From NCBI GenBank assembly GCA_963805855.1, contig CAWDVW010000006.1:96001-160000 (forward strand): 64,000 bases of DNA. Reading direction: 5' to 3'. The DNA comes from Candidatus Dadabacteria bacterium (GTDB lineage Bacteria > Desulfobacterota_D > UBA1144 > Nemesobacterales > CSP1-2). The position numbers and the translations under genes were made by a program. Position 1 is the first letter of the stretch. The number at the start of each line of letters is the position of its first letter. Positions 28,676-39,056 of the stretch are shown piece by piece. The notes below the pieces were generated by a model that had not been told where the DNA came from, ran no database searches, and saw nothing but the letters and a program-made list of their open reading frames with translations.

Positions 28676-28822
28676 TCACCGGGTTTTCTTTTCTAAATTG
28701 CTTCTTAGACTTTGAATCCTTTTCTTCAGGTCACTATTTTTTTTCACCAGATGAAAAATTAAAGAAAACAAAAACAACCAGAGGAAAAGTTGAACAACGA
28801 GTATCACAAACATGCTATTCAT
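28676..28822 (-). CDS. Small CcmD-like membrane protein (48 aa, below the ORF-track cutoff)
   Basis: GGAG RBS 8 nt before ATG 28822; MNSMFVILVVQLFLWLFLFSLIFHLVKKNSDLKKRIQSLRSNLEKKTR is one TM helix plus a basic coiled tail; ends 5 nt before the lgt start. Confidence 0.65.
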   Translation of the reverse strand: MNSMFVILVVQLFLWLFLFSLIFHLVKKNSDLKKRIQSLRSNLEKKTR

Positions 28823-28961
28823 GAAGAGTTCTCCGAAAGGATTTGATTAAATTAACTTTAGCGATAACTAATCTACAGTCAAATTGAGGAATCCGCAACA
28901 ACAGGGCATTGAAAATCGGTCTTGAAGTGATGTCTAAAAATAGGTAGATTCTTTAGCTAAT

Positions 28962-29558
28962 ATGCTTACTTCTCCGGTATTGGTTCTCAACCGTTACTTT
29001 GTTCCGATCACGATAACCAGCGTCAAAAGGGCTTTCGTGATGCTTTATTGTGGCGTTGCAAAGGCTGTGGGTGGTAATTATGAGACGTTTGATTTTGATT
29101 CATGGAGTCAGATTTCCTCATTCAAGGAAACTGACTGTATCATGACTGTAAGCAGGGTTATAAGGGTGCCAAGGGTGATCATGACCGTAAGGTATGATGG
29201 TATGCTGAGGAAGGAAGCGAAATTTAACAGAATTAACATATTTAGAAGGGATGGTGGCAGGTGTCAGTATTGCGGCGTCAAATTCTCCCGGTCCGACCTT
29301 ACGATAGATCACGTGACCCCAAGATCGCTTAATGGAAAGAGTGTCTGGGAGAATGTCGTTTGCTGTTGTATAGAATGTAATCGCAAGAAAGGAGGGAGGA
29401 CGCCGGAGCGGGCAAAAATGAAGCTTATAAGCAAACCCAAAAAACCTCTTTGGGATCCTTTTTCCAACATATATATCAGGGCTGTAAGGTATAAGGAATG
29501 GGAACCGTTTCTCAGCTTTGTGGATGTTTCTTACTGGAACGTTGAACTGGAAGAGTAG
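28962..29558 (+). CDS. HNH endonuclease family protein
   Basis: RDGGRCQYCG...LTIDHVTPRS...WENVVCCCIECNRKKG. Confidence 0.9.
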   Translation: MLTSPVLVLNRYFVPITITSVKRAFVMLYCGVAKAVGGNYETFDFDSWSQISSFKETDCIMTVSRVIRVPRVIMTVRYDGMLRKEAKFNRINIFRRDGGRCQYCGVKFSRSDLTIDHVTPRSLNGKSVWENVVCCCIECNRKKGGRTPERAKMKLISKPKKPLWDPFSNIYIRAVRYKEWEPFLSFVDVSYWNVELEE

Positions 29559-29679
29559 TAAGTTCCCATTAATCGAATGTTGTGAATTATCCAGAAAACA
29601 CCTCACATATATGTATTTGTAGTAATCGAAAAGTAATCAGGAATCGTAGAATTGCGTGTGTTATTAATTGGAGGGACTG

Positions 29680-30942
29680 ATGAGATATATCGTTTTGAAT
29701 TTAGTGGCAATCCTTTTTCTTATTACCTCAGGCCCAATTTATGCTCAGATCATTCTACCGCCAATTCATGGACCGATAGTAGATAAGATATCCATATTCA
29801 TACCCGATCTAAACAGTCTCGGCGGGTCCGATCCTAGGGCGAAAGAGTTCGTCGACGTCGTTAGGGGTGATCTCATTAACACCGGCCTTTTTGATGTGAA
29901 GGGAGGTACGCTGATAACCAGTGGTGAGCTCATAAATTTCCAACCGTTATTTGAAGCTGGCGCTGAGGCATTTATCAGGGGTGATTACTCTTCTTCGGGC
30001 GGTCGAATGAAGTTTGATGTATCCCTTTATGACGTGGCTGGTGAGAATCGTCTTCTTGCCAGATCTTATGAGGCCAGCCCCGGCCGGGTTAGGGAAGCTG
30101 CCCATAGGTTTTCAGATTCGGTTATGAAGGAGCTTACCGGACTGGATGGATTTTTTACGTCTAAGATAGCTTTTGTGTCTGGCAGTAGAAATAATAGGAA
30201 TCTCTACGAGATGGACTATGATGGAGAGAACATAAAACGGCTTACCAATCATGGCTCCATTGTGATGTCTCCAAGTTGTTCTCCCGACGGATCAAAGATA
30301 ATTTTTAATTCTGATAAGGTATGGGATCAGGACTTATATGTAGTTACTCTGACGCCGAGCGTTTCTGAAAAGAGGCTTACACGTGCTTTCAAATTGGAGC
30401 AAAGCCCTGAATGGTCTCCCAGTGGAAGAAAAATTGCTTATAGCGCCAATGGGGACATAATTATTGCCAATCCCGATGGAAGCGGTGCGGTCAATATTAC
30501 CGGGAATCCGCGTTATATTGAAGTTTCCCCTACTTGGTCCCCTGGTGGAGGGCAGATCGCATTTGTATCCGACCGCTCCGGAACCCCCCAAATCTATGTA
30601 ATGAATATAGATGGTAGTAATGTACGAAAAGTTTCTTCGGGCGGATACTCCACAGACCCTTCCTGGTCCCCCAATGCGGAGGTCAACAGGATTGCCTTTG
30701 TGAAGGTTGAGGGTGGTGAGGCAAACATATTTACAGTCAATCCTGACGGTTCAGATGAGCAACGACTCACCTGGGCATCAAGGAGAAATGAAAACCCTAC
30801 CTGGTCGCCAGACGGGCACTATATTGCCTTCACTTCCAATAGGGGTGGCCAGAAGGATCTATACTTGATGTACTTGAATGGTCAAAATCAGCGTCCTCTG
30901 ACAAAGGGTGGAAGCGTTTTATTTCCGACCTGGTGCAAATAG
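29680..30942 (+). CDS. tolB: Tol-Pal beta-propeller protein TolB
   Basis: Signal peptide, AAHRFSD...LTG..GFFTSKIAFV, multiple PD40 (P-x-WSPDG) repeats. Confidence 0.85.
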   Translation: MRYIVLNLVAILFLITSGPIYAQIILPPIHGPIVDKISIFIPDLNSLGGSDPRAKEFVDVVRGDLINTGLFDVKGGTLITSGELINFQPLFEAGAEAFIRGDYSSSGGRMKFDVSLYDVAGENRLLARSYEASPGRVREAAHRFSDSVMKELTGLDGFFTSKIAFVSGSRNNRNLYEMDYDGENIKRLTNHGSIVMSPSCSPDGSKIIFNSDKVWDQDLYVVTLTPSVSEKRLTRAFKLEQSPEWSPSGRKIAYSANGDIIIANPDGSGAVNITGNPRYIEVSPTWSPGGGQIAFVSDRSGTPQIYVMNIDGSNVRKVSSGGYSTDPSWSPNAEVNRIAFVKVEGGEANIFTVNPDGSDEQRLTWASRRNENPTWSPDGHYIAFTSNRGGQKDLYLMYLNGQNQRPLTKGGSVLFPTWCK

Positions 30943-31045
30943 GCCAAGGTCTGGTTCATCGATGATATAGGTTTTTTATTCTTATCTGATGTTTTTTATG
31001 GCTAAGCATGTTAATTGATTTTTATTAGGATTCTGGACTAAGATA

Positions 31046-31585
31046 TTGAGGATCTTTATTGCAGCTCTGATCCCCCCTGAAATTAGACTAGCCATTAATC
31101 ATTATGTGGAATCCATAAAGGCCCAATGGGAAGGGGTGAGATGGGAGAACTGGGAAAAATTTCATTTAACGCTTAAATTTTTAGGTGAAGTGGGTGACTC
31201 GAAGTTAGGTGATGTTGAAAAATCTTTGAGGCTGGGAGGGCAGGGTGTCTCCACTTTCGAAATGGCGATTACAGGTTTCGGCGGTTTTCCAAGCCTGAGG
31301 AGGCCGAGGGTGCTTTTTGTGGATTTGTCTGATAATAATGAGCTATCGAAATTCCAGATTGAGTTGGAAGAAAGACTCGAAGATATCGGTTTTGCCAGGG
31401 AAAACCGTAAATTTAAGCCTCATATAACGGTTGGAAGAACGAAGGGATATTCGACGGTACGAGGTCCTTTTCCGAGCCCGGATCCCCTTTCATTCAGGAT
31501 ATCGGAAATTGCCATAATGAGGAGCATACTCCATAAGAAGGGCTCCGAGCATACTGGTCTGTATATATTTAAATTGAATGGCTAG
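31046..31585 (+). CDS. thpR: RNA 2',3'-cyclic phosphodiesterase (2H family)
   Basis: MRIFIA start; HLTLKFLG and FKPHITVGR 2H motifs. Confidence 0.9.
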   Translation: MRIFIAALIPPEIRLAINHYVESIKAQWEGVRWENWEKFHLTLKFLGEVGDSKLGDVEKSLRLGGQGVSTFEMAITGFGGFPSLRRPRVLFVDLSDNNELSKFQIELEERLEDIGFARENRKFKPHITVGRTKGYSTVRGPFPSPDPLSFRISEIAIMRSILHKKGSEHTGLYIFKLNG

Positions 31586-31754
31586 ATGTTTATTTGCGTA
31601 TGCAAATGGTGTGGAAATTATTCTGTAAAATATTCCAAATTAGTTTATGGAGAAATCGGTACTTCTCATGAAAACGCTTTCTGATTTATCGATTTCATTT
31701 GACAATGGACTAAAAATTAGGAAAAAATTATGGTTAGAATTGGGAGGACTATAA

Positions 31755-32069
31755 ATGCAGGCTATTATCAAAACTGGCGGAAAGCAGTACAAGGTCAGCC
31801 CTGGTCAGATAGTGAATGTTGAGAAACTTACCGGAAATGTTGGCGATAAGGTTGAGTTCGATAAGGTACTTTTTATTTCAGATGAAAGCGGGAAAACAAA
31901 GGTTGGTACTCCTCTTGTGAAAGATTCCAGAGTAACTGGAAAGATTCTCGGCGCTGTTAAGGGCAAAAAAATTACTGTTTTCAAATTTAAAAGAAGAAAG
32001 GGATACAGAAAGAAAACGGGTCATCGTCAAAAATATACATCTGTTGAAATAACCGAGATCGAAGGCTAG
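31755..32069 (+). CDS. rplU: 50S ribosomal protein L21
   Basis: [12 protein letters not shown]...GHRQKYT. Confidence 0.97.
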   Translation: MQAIIKTGGKQYKVSPGQIVNVEKLTGNVGDKVEFDKVLFISDESGKTKVGTPLVKDSRVTGKILGAVKGKKITVFKFKRRKGYRKKTGHRQKYTSVEITEIEG

Positions 32070-32080
32070 GAGGTTATTTT

Positions 32081-32341
32081 ATGGCTACTAAAAAAGGCGG
32101 GGGCAGCACAAGAAACGGAAGGGATAGCGCAGGGAGGAGATTGGGCGTGAAGAGGTTCGGAGGAGAATTTGTTAGGGCTGGCAACATACTTGCGAGACAG
32201 AGGGGGACCAACTTTCATGCCGGCGAGAATGTGGGCACGGGTCGGGACTTCACGTTGTTTGCCCTGATCGATGGTAAGGTCAGGTTCGAAAGATTTGGCA
32301 AGGAAAGAAAAAAAATAAGCGTTGAACCCGTCGAGCAGTAA
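32081..32341 (+). CDS. rpmA: 50S ribosomal protein L27
   Basis: [16 protein letters not shown]...RLGVK. Confidence 0.97.
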   Translation: MATKKGGGSTRNGRDSAGRRLGVKRFGGEFVRAGNILARQRGTNFHAGENVGTGRDFTLFALIDGKVRFERFGKERKKISVEPVEQ

Positions 32342-32734
32342 TTTTTTTAGATTTATCATTATAACCGCGTAAGGTTTGTTATTTCATGTTAGTTGTTTTC
32401 TACTAAGATCTCTTACCTTTTCCCACTTCTTATCAGGTCTATCTGATGGATTGCTTTATAGGTTTTTGTAATAAAACGTTAGAGTTATACAGTAACCGGG
32501 ATACCTCCTTGTAAATATCAAAATTTATGGCTGATTCCTCAAAATCCCCTTTTTCACGGGTCAGACTCTGGTAGTTCTTTACTAGATTAGATTTTCTTTG
32601 TATTATGAAGAATTGTTTTATGTATTCGGTTGAGAAATTAGTCCTAAGAATGTTTAGACTTAACTTCACGGTTCTAAAGGGCAAAATAACAGATTGTCGG
32701 TATGCTTTGATTTACCTACCGGGGGCTTATAGGT

Positions 32735-33964
32735 TTGTCTAAAAGGAAATTGGTCATTTCAACGACTAAGGGTCTGGTTTTATTAACAGTAATCATATTG
32801 ATAATATCCGCGGTATTATCAGTTTTTAACTCTTATTTATACACAAAGAGGTTCGAGAAGCTCGAGATTAAGGAAATAAAGGCGCTATTTGAAAACGAAG
32901 TTGATTTCACTCGTGTAGCGAAAAATCTGTTACAAAGCAGGAGCGAAGTCGCCTATCTAAAGCTCAAGAATGAAAGCGGTGTTCTGGAAGAGAGCTTTGG
33001 TACTGAAAACGGAGAAGGAATCAATGATGTCGAGATTAATACCCCCGAAAATAAGATAATAGTAGTTGGTTTAAAAAGGGTTCTTGACAAAGATTTAATA
33101 ATTTCCAATGTGGTATGGAGCGTTTTAATCGGGGTTGGTCTGGTGCTCATATTCCTCGTGCTATTTATCCAATTATCTTCTGATCAGAGTCAAAATCTTG
33201 AAAGGTTAATCTCGGCGATGAAGCGTGTTTCTCCGGACAATCTCGACATGAAATTGGCAATAAATGAATCGGTTCAAGATGAAGTCGCGATGATAAGGGC
33301 TTATGACAGTTTTAACCAAATGATGAACAGGCTAAAAAGAAAGGGAAGGGCGCCCGAAGCTGACGAAACGATCAATTTTCAACCTAAGGTTGTGATATCT
33401 GAGACTGAAGAAAAATCGAATTGGAGAGATGTGACCGCTCTGGTAACTAAGATTTCTAATTTTGAGAATCTATTAACACAAATCGATTCCGTAGAATTTA
33501 CAAATTTCTTGACAGAGTATAGAAAAACGGCTTCCTCAATTGTTTCCGATTACAATGGAACTATCGAAGCACTGCTGCAGGAGGAAATCGTAGCCCTCTT
33601 TAACGCACCAGATGAGCAGGATAACCCCGAGCTCAGGGCTGTCTGCGCAGCTGTTGAGGTACTTCAAGTACTTGCCAACATGAATAAGAAGAGGAAAGGG
33701 GACGGTAAAGATCCTATTAGTGGTAAGGTTGGAATTGCCGTAAGGCCAATTCAGTTTTATGACCAGGCCGGAATTCCACAGGGGGTCAAGGAAGTCATTT
33801 CAGAAGCAAGGATGCTAAGTGGTAACGCCCCGCTTTGGAAGGTAATTGTTTCGGAAAGTGTTTACGATACCATAAAGGATCATGTCGAAGTAAAGGGGAT
33901 TCCTTGGGGGAAGGAACAGCTATATTCGATAGTGTCCGTCGAAGAAGGAATAATTAACGTTTAA
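32735..33964 (+). CDS. Membrane sensor with HAMP and a degenerate class III nucleotide cyclase-like domain
   Basis: Two TM helices, HAMP (FNQMMNRLK), cyclase-like fold (ALFNAP, RAVCAAVE, KVGI) lacking the canonical catalytic Asp residues. Confidence 0.7.
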   Translation: MSKRKLVISTTKGLVLLTVIILIISAVLSVFNSYLYTKRFEKLEIKEIKALFENEVDFTRVAKNLLQSRSEVAYLKLKNESGVLEESFGTENGEGINDVEINTPENKIIVVGLKRVLDKDLIISNVVWSVLIGVGLVLIFLVLFIQLSSDQSQNLERLISAMKRVSPDNLDMKLAINESVQDEVAMIRAYDSFNQMMNRLKRKGRAPEADETINFQPKVVISETEEKSNWRDVTALVTKISNFENLLTQIDSVEFTNFLTEYRKTASSIVSDYNGTIEALLQEEIVALFNAPDEQDNPELRAVCAAVEVLQVLANMNKKRKGDGKDPISGKVGIAVRPIQFYDQAGIPQGVKEVISEARMLSGNAPLWKVIVSESVYDTIKDHVEVKGIPWGKEQLYSIVSVEEGIINV

Positions 33965-34106
33965 TCAAACAGGACTCTTTGGACATTGTGTGTTATAAAA
34001 CGGTTTGTGATCTGATCGAACCTTATGATTTTCAATCATTCCCTCCGGTTATGTAATTAATCTTTGAACCCTCTCATTTTCAATGTTAACATTTTGTCTA
34101 GCCATC

Positions 34107-34140
34107 GAATTCCCTGCAGCTCGCCACAGGGTTATTCGTT
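34107..34140. repeat. Solo IS200/IS605-end-like palindrome
   Basis: GAATTCCCTGCAGCTCGCCACAGGG resembles the palindromes at 14757, 52077 and 52616. Confidence 0.5.
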
Positions 34141-34191
34141 AACCTACGATAGATGTAGGATTTTTGTTTAAGCGTTGGCGAGTGTGTTGAG

Positions 34192-35262
34192 ATGAACAAA
34201 ATTAATATAAAAGACCTTTGTCCACAAGAGCTGGAGGACTTGGTACGTAGCTTCGGTGAAGAGCCATACCGTGCCCGTCAAATAGGGAAATGGATATACA
34301 GGAAGGGTGCTAATTCGTTCGACCAGATGACTGATCTACCGAAGCGTTTTATAATAACTCTAAATGATTACCTTTTGTTGCACGAATCGCTTGTTCTTTT
34401 AGATGAGAGGTTATCTTCTGATGGAACCAAAAAATATCTCTTCCAGCTATCCGATGGAAAGAAGATAGAAAGCGTTCTAATTCCGGAAGACCGCAGATAT
34501 ACCCTTTGCATTTCTACTCAGGTGGGATGCGCCTTGGGTTGCACGTTCTGCCTTACCGGGAGGGTTGGTAAGATAAGGAATCTAACCGCTTCAGAAATTA
34601 TCGATCAATATCTCTTGGTTAACAGTTTTAATTCTCGCTGTATTACTAATCTGGTGTTCATGGGGATGGGAGAGCCTCTGGATAACCTTGAAAATACCGT
34701 GAGGGCCTTGAAAGTATTCACTCATGAGGATTTTGTGGGGATGTCACCCAAGAAGATAACCGTGTCAACTTCGGGACTGGTTCCACAGATCAGAGAGCTC
34801 GGAAATCAGGTGTCTGTGAATCTATCCGTGTCGCTTAATGCCCCTTTGGACGAGCTCAGGAATAAAATTATGCCCATAAACAGAAGATATCCGATTGAAG
34901 CACTAATTAAGGCTAGTAGAGATTTCCCCATGCCCAATAGAAAGACCCTGACTTTCGAGTATGTACTTATTAAAGGGCTGAATGATTCTGATAAGACTGC
35001 GAGGACACTTGGAAAACTTCTAAAAGGGATTAGGTGTAAGGTGAATCTTATACCGTTCAATGAGGCCTTTCCCCTGCCATATAAATCACCGAGCAGCGAC
35101 AGAGTATTAGGTTTTCAAGACATATTGATTTCTTATGGGATAAACGCAAGAATTAGAAAGAATCGGGGACGTGATATACTCGGAGCTTGCGGGCAGCTTG
35201 CGGCGAACTATCTGACTGCCAAACGCCAGAATGAACGAAAAATTACGCAGGGGATGAATTGA
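34192..35262 (+). CDS. rlmN: Dual-specificity RNA methyltransferase RlmN
   Basis: CISTQVGCALGCTFC, MGMGEP, GACGQL. Confidence 0.95.
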   Translation: MNKINIKDLCPQELEDLVRSFGEEPYRARQIGKWIYRKGANSFDQMTDLPKRFIITLNDYLLLHESLVLLDERLSSDGTKKYLFQLSDGKKIESVLIPEDRRYTLCISTQVGCALGCTFCLTGRVGKIRNLTASEIIDQYLLVNSFNSRCITNLVFMGMGEPLDNLENTVRALKVFTHEDFVGMSPKKITVSTSGLVPQIRELGNQVSVNLSVSLNAPLDELRNKIMPINRRYPIEALIKASRDFPMPNRKTLTFEYVLIKGLNDSDKTARTLGKLLKGIRCKVNLIPFNEAFPLPYKSPSSDRVLGFQDILISYGINARIRKNRGRDILGACGQLAANYLTAKRQNERKITQGMN

Positions 35263-35272
35263 TTATAAGCTT

Positions 35273-37906
35273 ATGCAAGGCTCAGAAATTAGAAAGCAAT
35301 TTTTAGAATATTTTGTAGGCAAAGGCCACAGGATCGTCAAGAGTTCGTCTCTGATACCGAAGAACGATCCCACGCTCCTCTTTACGAATGCGGGGATGGT
35401 TCAGTTTAAGGACGTTTTCCTGGGAGTGGATAAAAGGGACTATAAAAGGGCCACATCTGCCCAAAAATGCCTGAGGGCGGGTGGAAAGCATAACGATCTG
35501 GAAAATGTGGGATACACAGCAAGACACCATACCTTCTTTGAGATGCTCGGAAATTTTTCGTTCGGCGACTATTTTAAGAATGAGGCGATAGATTTCGCAT
35601 GGGAATTAATCACAGAGATTTATAGGTTACCGACCGACAGGCTATGGGCTACCGTGTATGACGAAGACGATGAAGCGTATGATATCTGGAATAAAAAGAT
35701 CGGGCTCAGTGCCCAAAGAATAGTGCGCCTTGGGGAAAAGGATAATTTCTGGGCTATGGGTGAGACTGGCCCGTGCGGTCCTTGCTCTGAAATAGTAATC
35801 GACCAGGGGGAAAGCTTTGGTTGCGGTAAAGAGGATTGTAAAGTAGGGTGTGATTGCGACCGCTATTTAGAGCTGTGGAATCTTGTATTCATGCAGTATG
35901 TGAGGGATTCGTCGGGAAAACTGACTAACCTTCCTAATCCCAGCATCGATACAGGAATGGGACTCGAAAGAATCACTGCTGTCATTCAGGGCGTAAAAAG
36001 CAATTATGATACGGATCTCCTACGTGGGATAATTCGGGATATCGAGGAGATAGTCGGGAAATCCTACGGGGTAGATCCCTCGACGGATATATCGATGCGT
36101 GTAATTGCGGACCACGCACGAGCCGTGACATTCTTGATTTCCGACGGGGTTCTCCCTTTAAACGAAGGACGAGGATATGTGCTAAGGAGGATTCTGAGGA
36201 GAGCCGTTCGTCATGCAAGAATGCTAGACATTAAAGAGCCTTTTCTCTATAGACTGGCGAGCCGCGTAAAGGACATAATGAAAGATTCTTATCCGGAGAT
36301 TGAAGAAAGAATTGGTTTCGTCGAAGACGTGGTAAGAAACGAAGAAGTGAGATTTTTAGAGACAATCGACCGGGGTCTTGAGCTGTTGAACACTGAGGTT
36401 CAAAAGAGGGGTAAGGAAAAGATATTGCCTGGAAACGTTGTGTTTAAGCTCTATGATACGTACGGTTTTCCGGTTGACTTAACCGAGGATATAGCCAAAG
36501 AGCATGGCCTCGAAATCGATAGTCCGGGCTTTTTGAAGGAGATGGAGAAGCAAAAGAAACAGTCCAGGCTAGCTTGGAAGGGTCTTGGCGGGGAAGAGCT
36601 TATTCCTATCTATAAGGAGTTTGTGACGGGTGGGCTCAGTGTGATTTTCACCGGGTACGAGAACACCACGGACACCGGAAGGATCACGGCCATAATAAGA
36701 AATGGAGAACTCGTTGATAGCATTGCGGAGGGGGAGAGCGGAGAGCTGATAACAGACAGGACCCCCTTTTACGGAGAGTCCGGGGGCCAAGTAGGGGATA
36801 AGGGTACAATTGATGGTGATTCAGGGAGTGCCGGAGTTCTCGATACTATAAAACCGTTCCTTAACTTCGTCGTGCATCGTATAGTTGTCAAGAAAGGAAC
36901 CCTATGGGTTGGTGACAGGGTGGAGCTAAATGTTGATAAGCGCCTGAGATACGGGGCAAAGACACATCATACGACTACGCACATGTTGCACGCTGTTCTG
37001 AGGGAATTACTGGGATCACATGTCAGGCAGGCAGGCTCGCTGGTTGCACCTGAAAGGCTAAGATTCGATTTTACACATTTTTCTCCGATAGATGATGACA
37101 CTATCCGGAGAATCGAGGACACGATAAACAATAGGATTAGATGGGATGATGAGGTTACTATACAAACCGATATTTCCTACGATGAGGCAATTGCCCGCGG
37201 CGCGATTGCGATATTTGAAGAAAAATACGGAGACAGGGTCAGGGTCGTTAGTATCGGTGATTACAGTAAAGAGCTTTGCGGAGGCACTCATCTACACACG
37301 TCTGGAGAGGTTGGACTCTTCAAGATACTTCATGAGACTTCATCGTCTGCGGGGATTAGGAGGATAGAGGCTGTTGCAGGGGAATCGGGATGGAACTTTA
37401 TAAGGAAACAGGAAGAAACGCTCACCGAGGCATCAAATCTCTTAAAGGTTCCTAAATCTGATTTGATTCCAAGGTTAAAGAAGATCATTGAGGAAAACAT
37501 CAGTATTAAAGATGAAGTAAACGCTTATAAAAGCAAGATGATTAGCTCCAAAGTAGGGGAGCTTCTCGAACGGGTGGAAAAAATAAACGGAATAAATGTC
37601 CTCTCGGCTGAGGTTCCCGGAGAAGGTCCGGAGGATCTTAGAAAGATTTGGGATGATGTGAGGGGGAGATTCAAAAACGGTATTGTTGCCTTGGGTTGCA
37701 GGAGCGATGGGAAGGCATATATTTTAATCGGTGTTACAAAGGAATTGATTACTAAATATCATGCGGGAAAAATTGTTAAGGAGCTTGCCGGTATGATAGG
37801 GGGAGGGGGTGGTGGAAAGGCTGACATGGCCCAGGCCGGGGGCAATATGCCTGATAATTTAGACATTGTATTACGTAAGGTTTATGAAATCGTTTCAGGT
37901 GGATAA
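35273..37906 (+). CDS. alaS: Alanine--tRNA ligase
   Basis: LLFTNAGMVQFK, RHHTFFEMLGNFSFGDYFK, HTTTH and ELCGGTH editing motifs, GGGGG C-terminal motif. Confidence 0.98.
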   Translation: MQGSEIRKQFLEYFVGKGHRIVKSSSLIPKNDPTLLFTNAGMVQFKDVFLGVDKRDYKRATSAQKCLRAGGKHNDLENVGYTARHHTFFEMLGNFSFGDYFKNEAIDFAWELITEIYRLPTDRLWATVYDEDDEAYDIWNKKIGLSAQRIVRLGEKDNFWAMGETGPCGPCSEIVIDQGESFGCGKEDCKVGCDCDRYLELWNLVFMQYVRDSSGKLTNLPNPSIDTGMGLERITAVIQGVKSNYDTDLLRGIIRDIEEIVGKSYGVDPSTDISMRVIADHARAVTFLISDGVLPLNEGRGYVLRRILRRAVRHARMLDIKEPFLYRLASRVKDIMKDSYPEIEERIGFVEDVVRNEEVRFLETIDRGLELLNTEVQKRGKEKILPGNVVFKLYDTYGFPVDLTEDIAKEHGLEIDSPGFLKEMEKQKKQSRLAWKGLGGEELIPIYKEFVTGGLSVIFTGYENTTDTGRITAIIRNGELVDSIAEGESGELITDRTPFYGESGGQVGDKGTIDGDSGSAGVLDTIKPFLNFVVHRIVVKKGTLWVGDRVELNVDKRLRYGAKTHHTTTHMLHAVLRELLGSHVRQAGSLVAPERLRFDFTHFSPIDDDTIRRIEDTINNRIRWDDEVTIQTDISYDEAIARGAIAIFEEKYGDRVRVVSIGDYSKELCGGTHLHTSGEVGLFKILHETSSSAGIRRIEAVAGESGWNFIRKQEETLTEASNLLKVPKSDLIPRLKKIIEENISIKDEVNAYKSKMISSKVGELLERVEKINGINVLSAEVPGEGPEDLRKIWDDVRGRFKNGIVALGCRSDGKAYILIGVTKELITKYHAGKIVKELAGMIGGGGGGKADMAQAGGNMPDNLDIVLRKVYEIVSGG

Positions 37907-37943
37907 GGGATTCGTCGGTTATCGAGGGGTCGTGAGTTCCAGA

Positions 37944-38840
37944 CTATTTGGTTACGCCCTTCTTTTCCAGAACACTCTTAATCTTTTGTAATGCGGAACT
38001 CTCAATCTGTCTTACCCTTTCGCGCGAGATGTTGAGTTCTGATCCCAGTTCCTCGAGCGTCAGGGGATTTTCCGAAAGGATTCTGCTTTTTATGATAAAT
38101 TTTTCCCTATCTTTCAAGGAATCCATGGCAATATCAAGCCCACTTTTGAGATTTTCCTCCTCCTCGTTCTTGGAGATTAGCTCTTCTTGGTTTGTCAGGC
38201 CATCCACCAAAAAATCAAGGTGCGTAGATTCGTTGTTTGCTGCCAGTTCAGCGTCTAGAGACAGATCTTTTGTACCTATTCTTTGGTTCATCTCAACCAC
38301 CGCTTCATCCGATACGCCTAATTCTTCCGCCAGGTTTTTGTATTCGTCGGAACTGAGGATATCGTCAGTATAGTCCATTTTTTGCTTTGTCGAGCGAAGC
38401 TTATAGAAGAGCTTTCTCTGCGCCTGGTTGGTTCCGATCTTGACCAGACTCCAGGATTTGATAACAAAGTTCTGTATATAGGCCTTTATCCACCAGACAG
38501 CATATGAGATGAGTCGATAACCCTTGGTCGGGTCGAACCCTTTCACGGCATGCATGAGTCCGATGTTTCCCTCCTGGATCAGATCCATCGGGTTTAATCC
38601 ATAGTTTTTATAGGTGTTTGCTATTCGTACGACAAACTTGAGGTTTGAGGTAATCAGCTTCCTTGCGGCCTCAAGATCGCCGTTCTTTTTGTAACGCATT
38701 GCAAGCTCATATTCTTCTTCTCGGCTGAGTATGGGGTAGTTGCTTAACTCCGCAAGATATCGCTCTAGAGAAGTTGTATGAGCGGGAAGCGACGCTTTTA
38801 AACTTTCGTTTTCTTTGATATCTTCGTTAACTTCAGTCAT
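37944..38840 (-). CDS. rpoH: RNA polymerase sigma-32 (RpoH-type)
   Basis: DLIQEGNIGL, YAVWWIKAYI, RpoH box QRKLFYKLR, SRERVRQIE. Confidence 0.88.
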   Translation of the reverse strand: MTEVNEDIKENESLKASLPAHTTSLERYLAELSNYPILSREEEYELAMRYKKNGDLEAARKLITSNLKFVVRIANTYKNYGLNPMDLIQEGNIGLMHAVKGFDPTKGYRLISYAVWWIKAYIQNFVIKSWSLVKIGTNQAQRKLFYKLRSTKQKMDYTDDILSSDEYKNLAEELGVSDEAVVEMNQRIGTKDLSLDAELAANNESTHLDFLVDGLTNQEELISKNEEEENLKSGLDIAMDSLKDREKFIIKSRILSENPLTLEELGSELNISRERVRQIESSALQKIKSVLEKKGVTK

Positions 38841-39056
38841 CGTTGTTTACTTGAATTCCTTTTCCTACTACATTGCTTATTATAACCGAGTTTAGTGTAA
38901 CTCCATAATCCTTGGGCGGGAATAAATTCCGTCGTGTAATTAGGGTAGGTCACGGGTCCCTTCGCGCAGCCTCAGGGCAGGCTTGCTCGTGACAAATAAG
39001 AATTGGCCCTTGGGTCTTCCCTCGGCTAATATGCTCAGGTAGAACCCAGCATTCAA

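Noticed and set aside
28962-29558. HNH gene as a mobile homing endonuclease or Cas9/IscB fragment
   Set aside because: It is the common stand-alone VLVLN-type HNH protein in a housekeeping context, with no RuvC motifs, intron or IS ends.
32439-32684. 81-aa minus-strand ORF between rpmA and the cyclase-like gene
   Set aside because: TTG start, no clear RBS, no recognisable family; cannot be supported from sequence alone.
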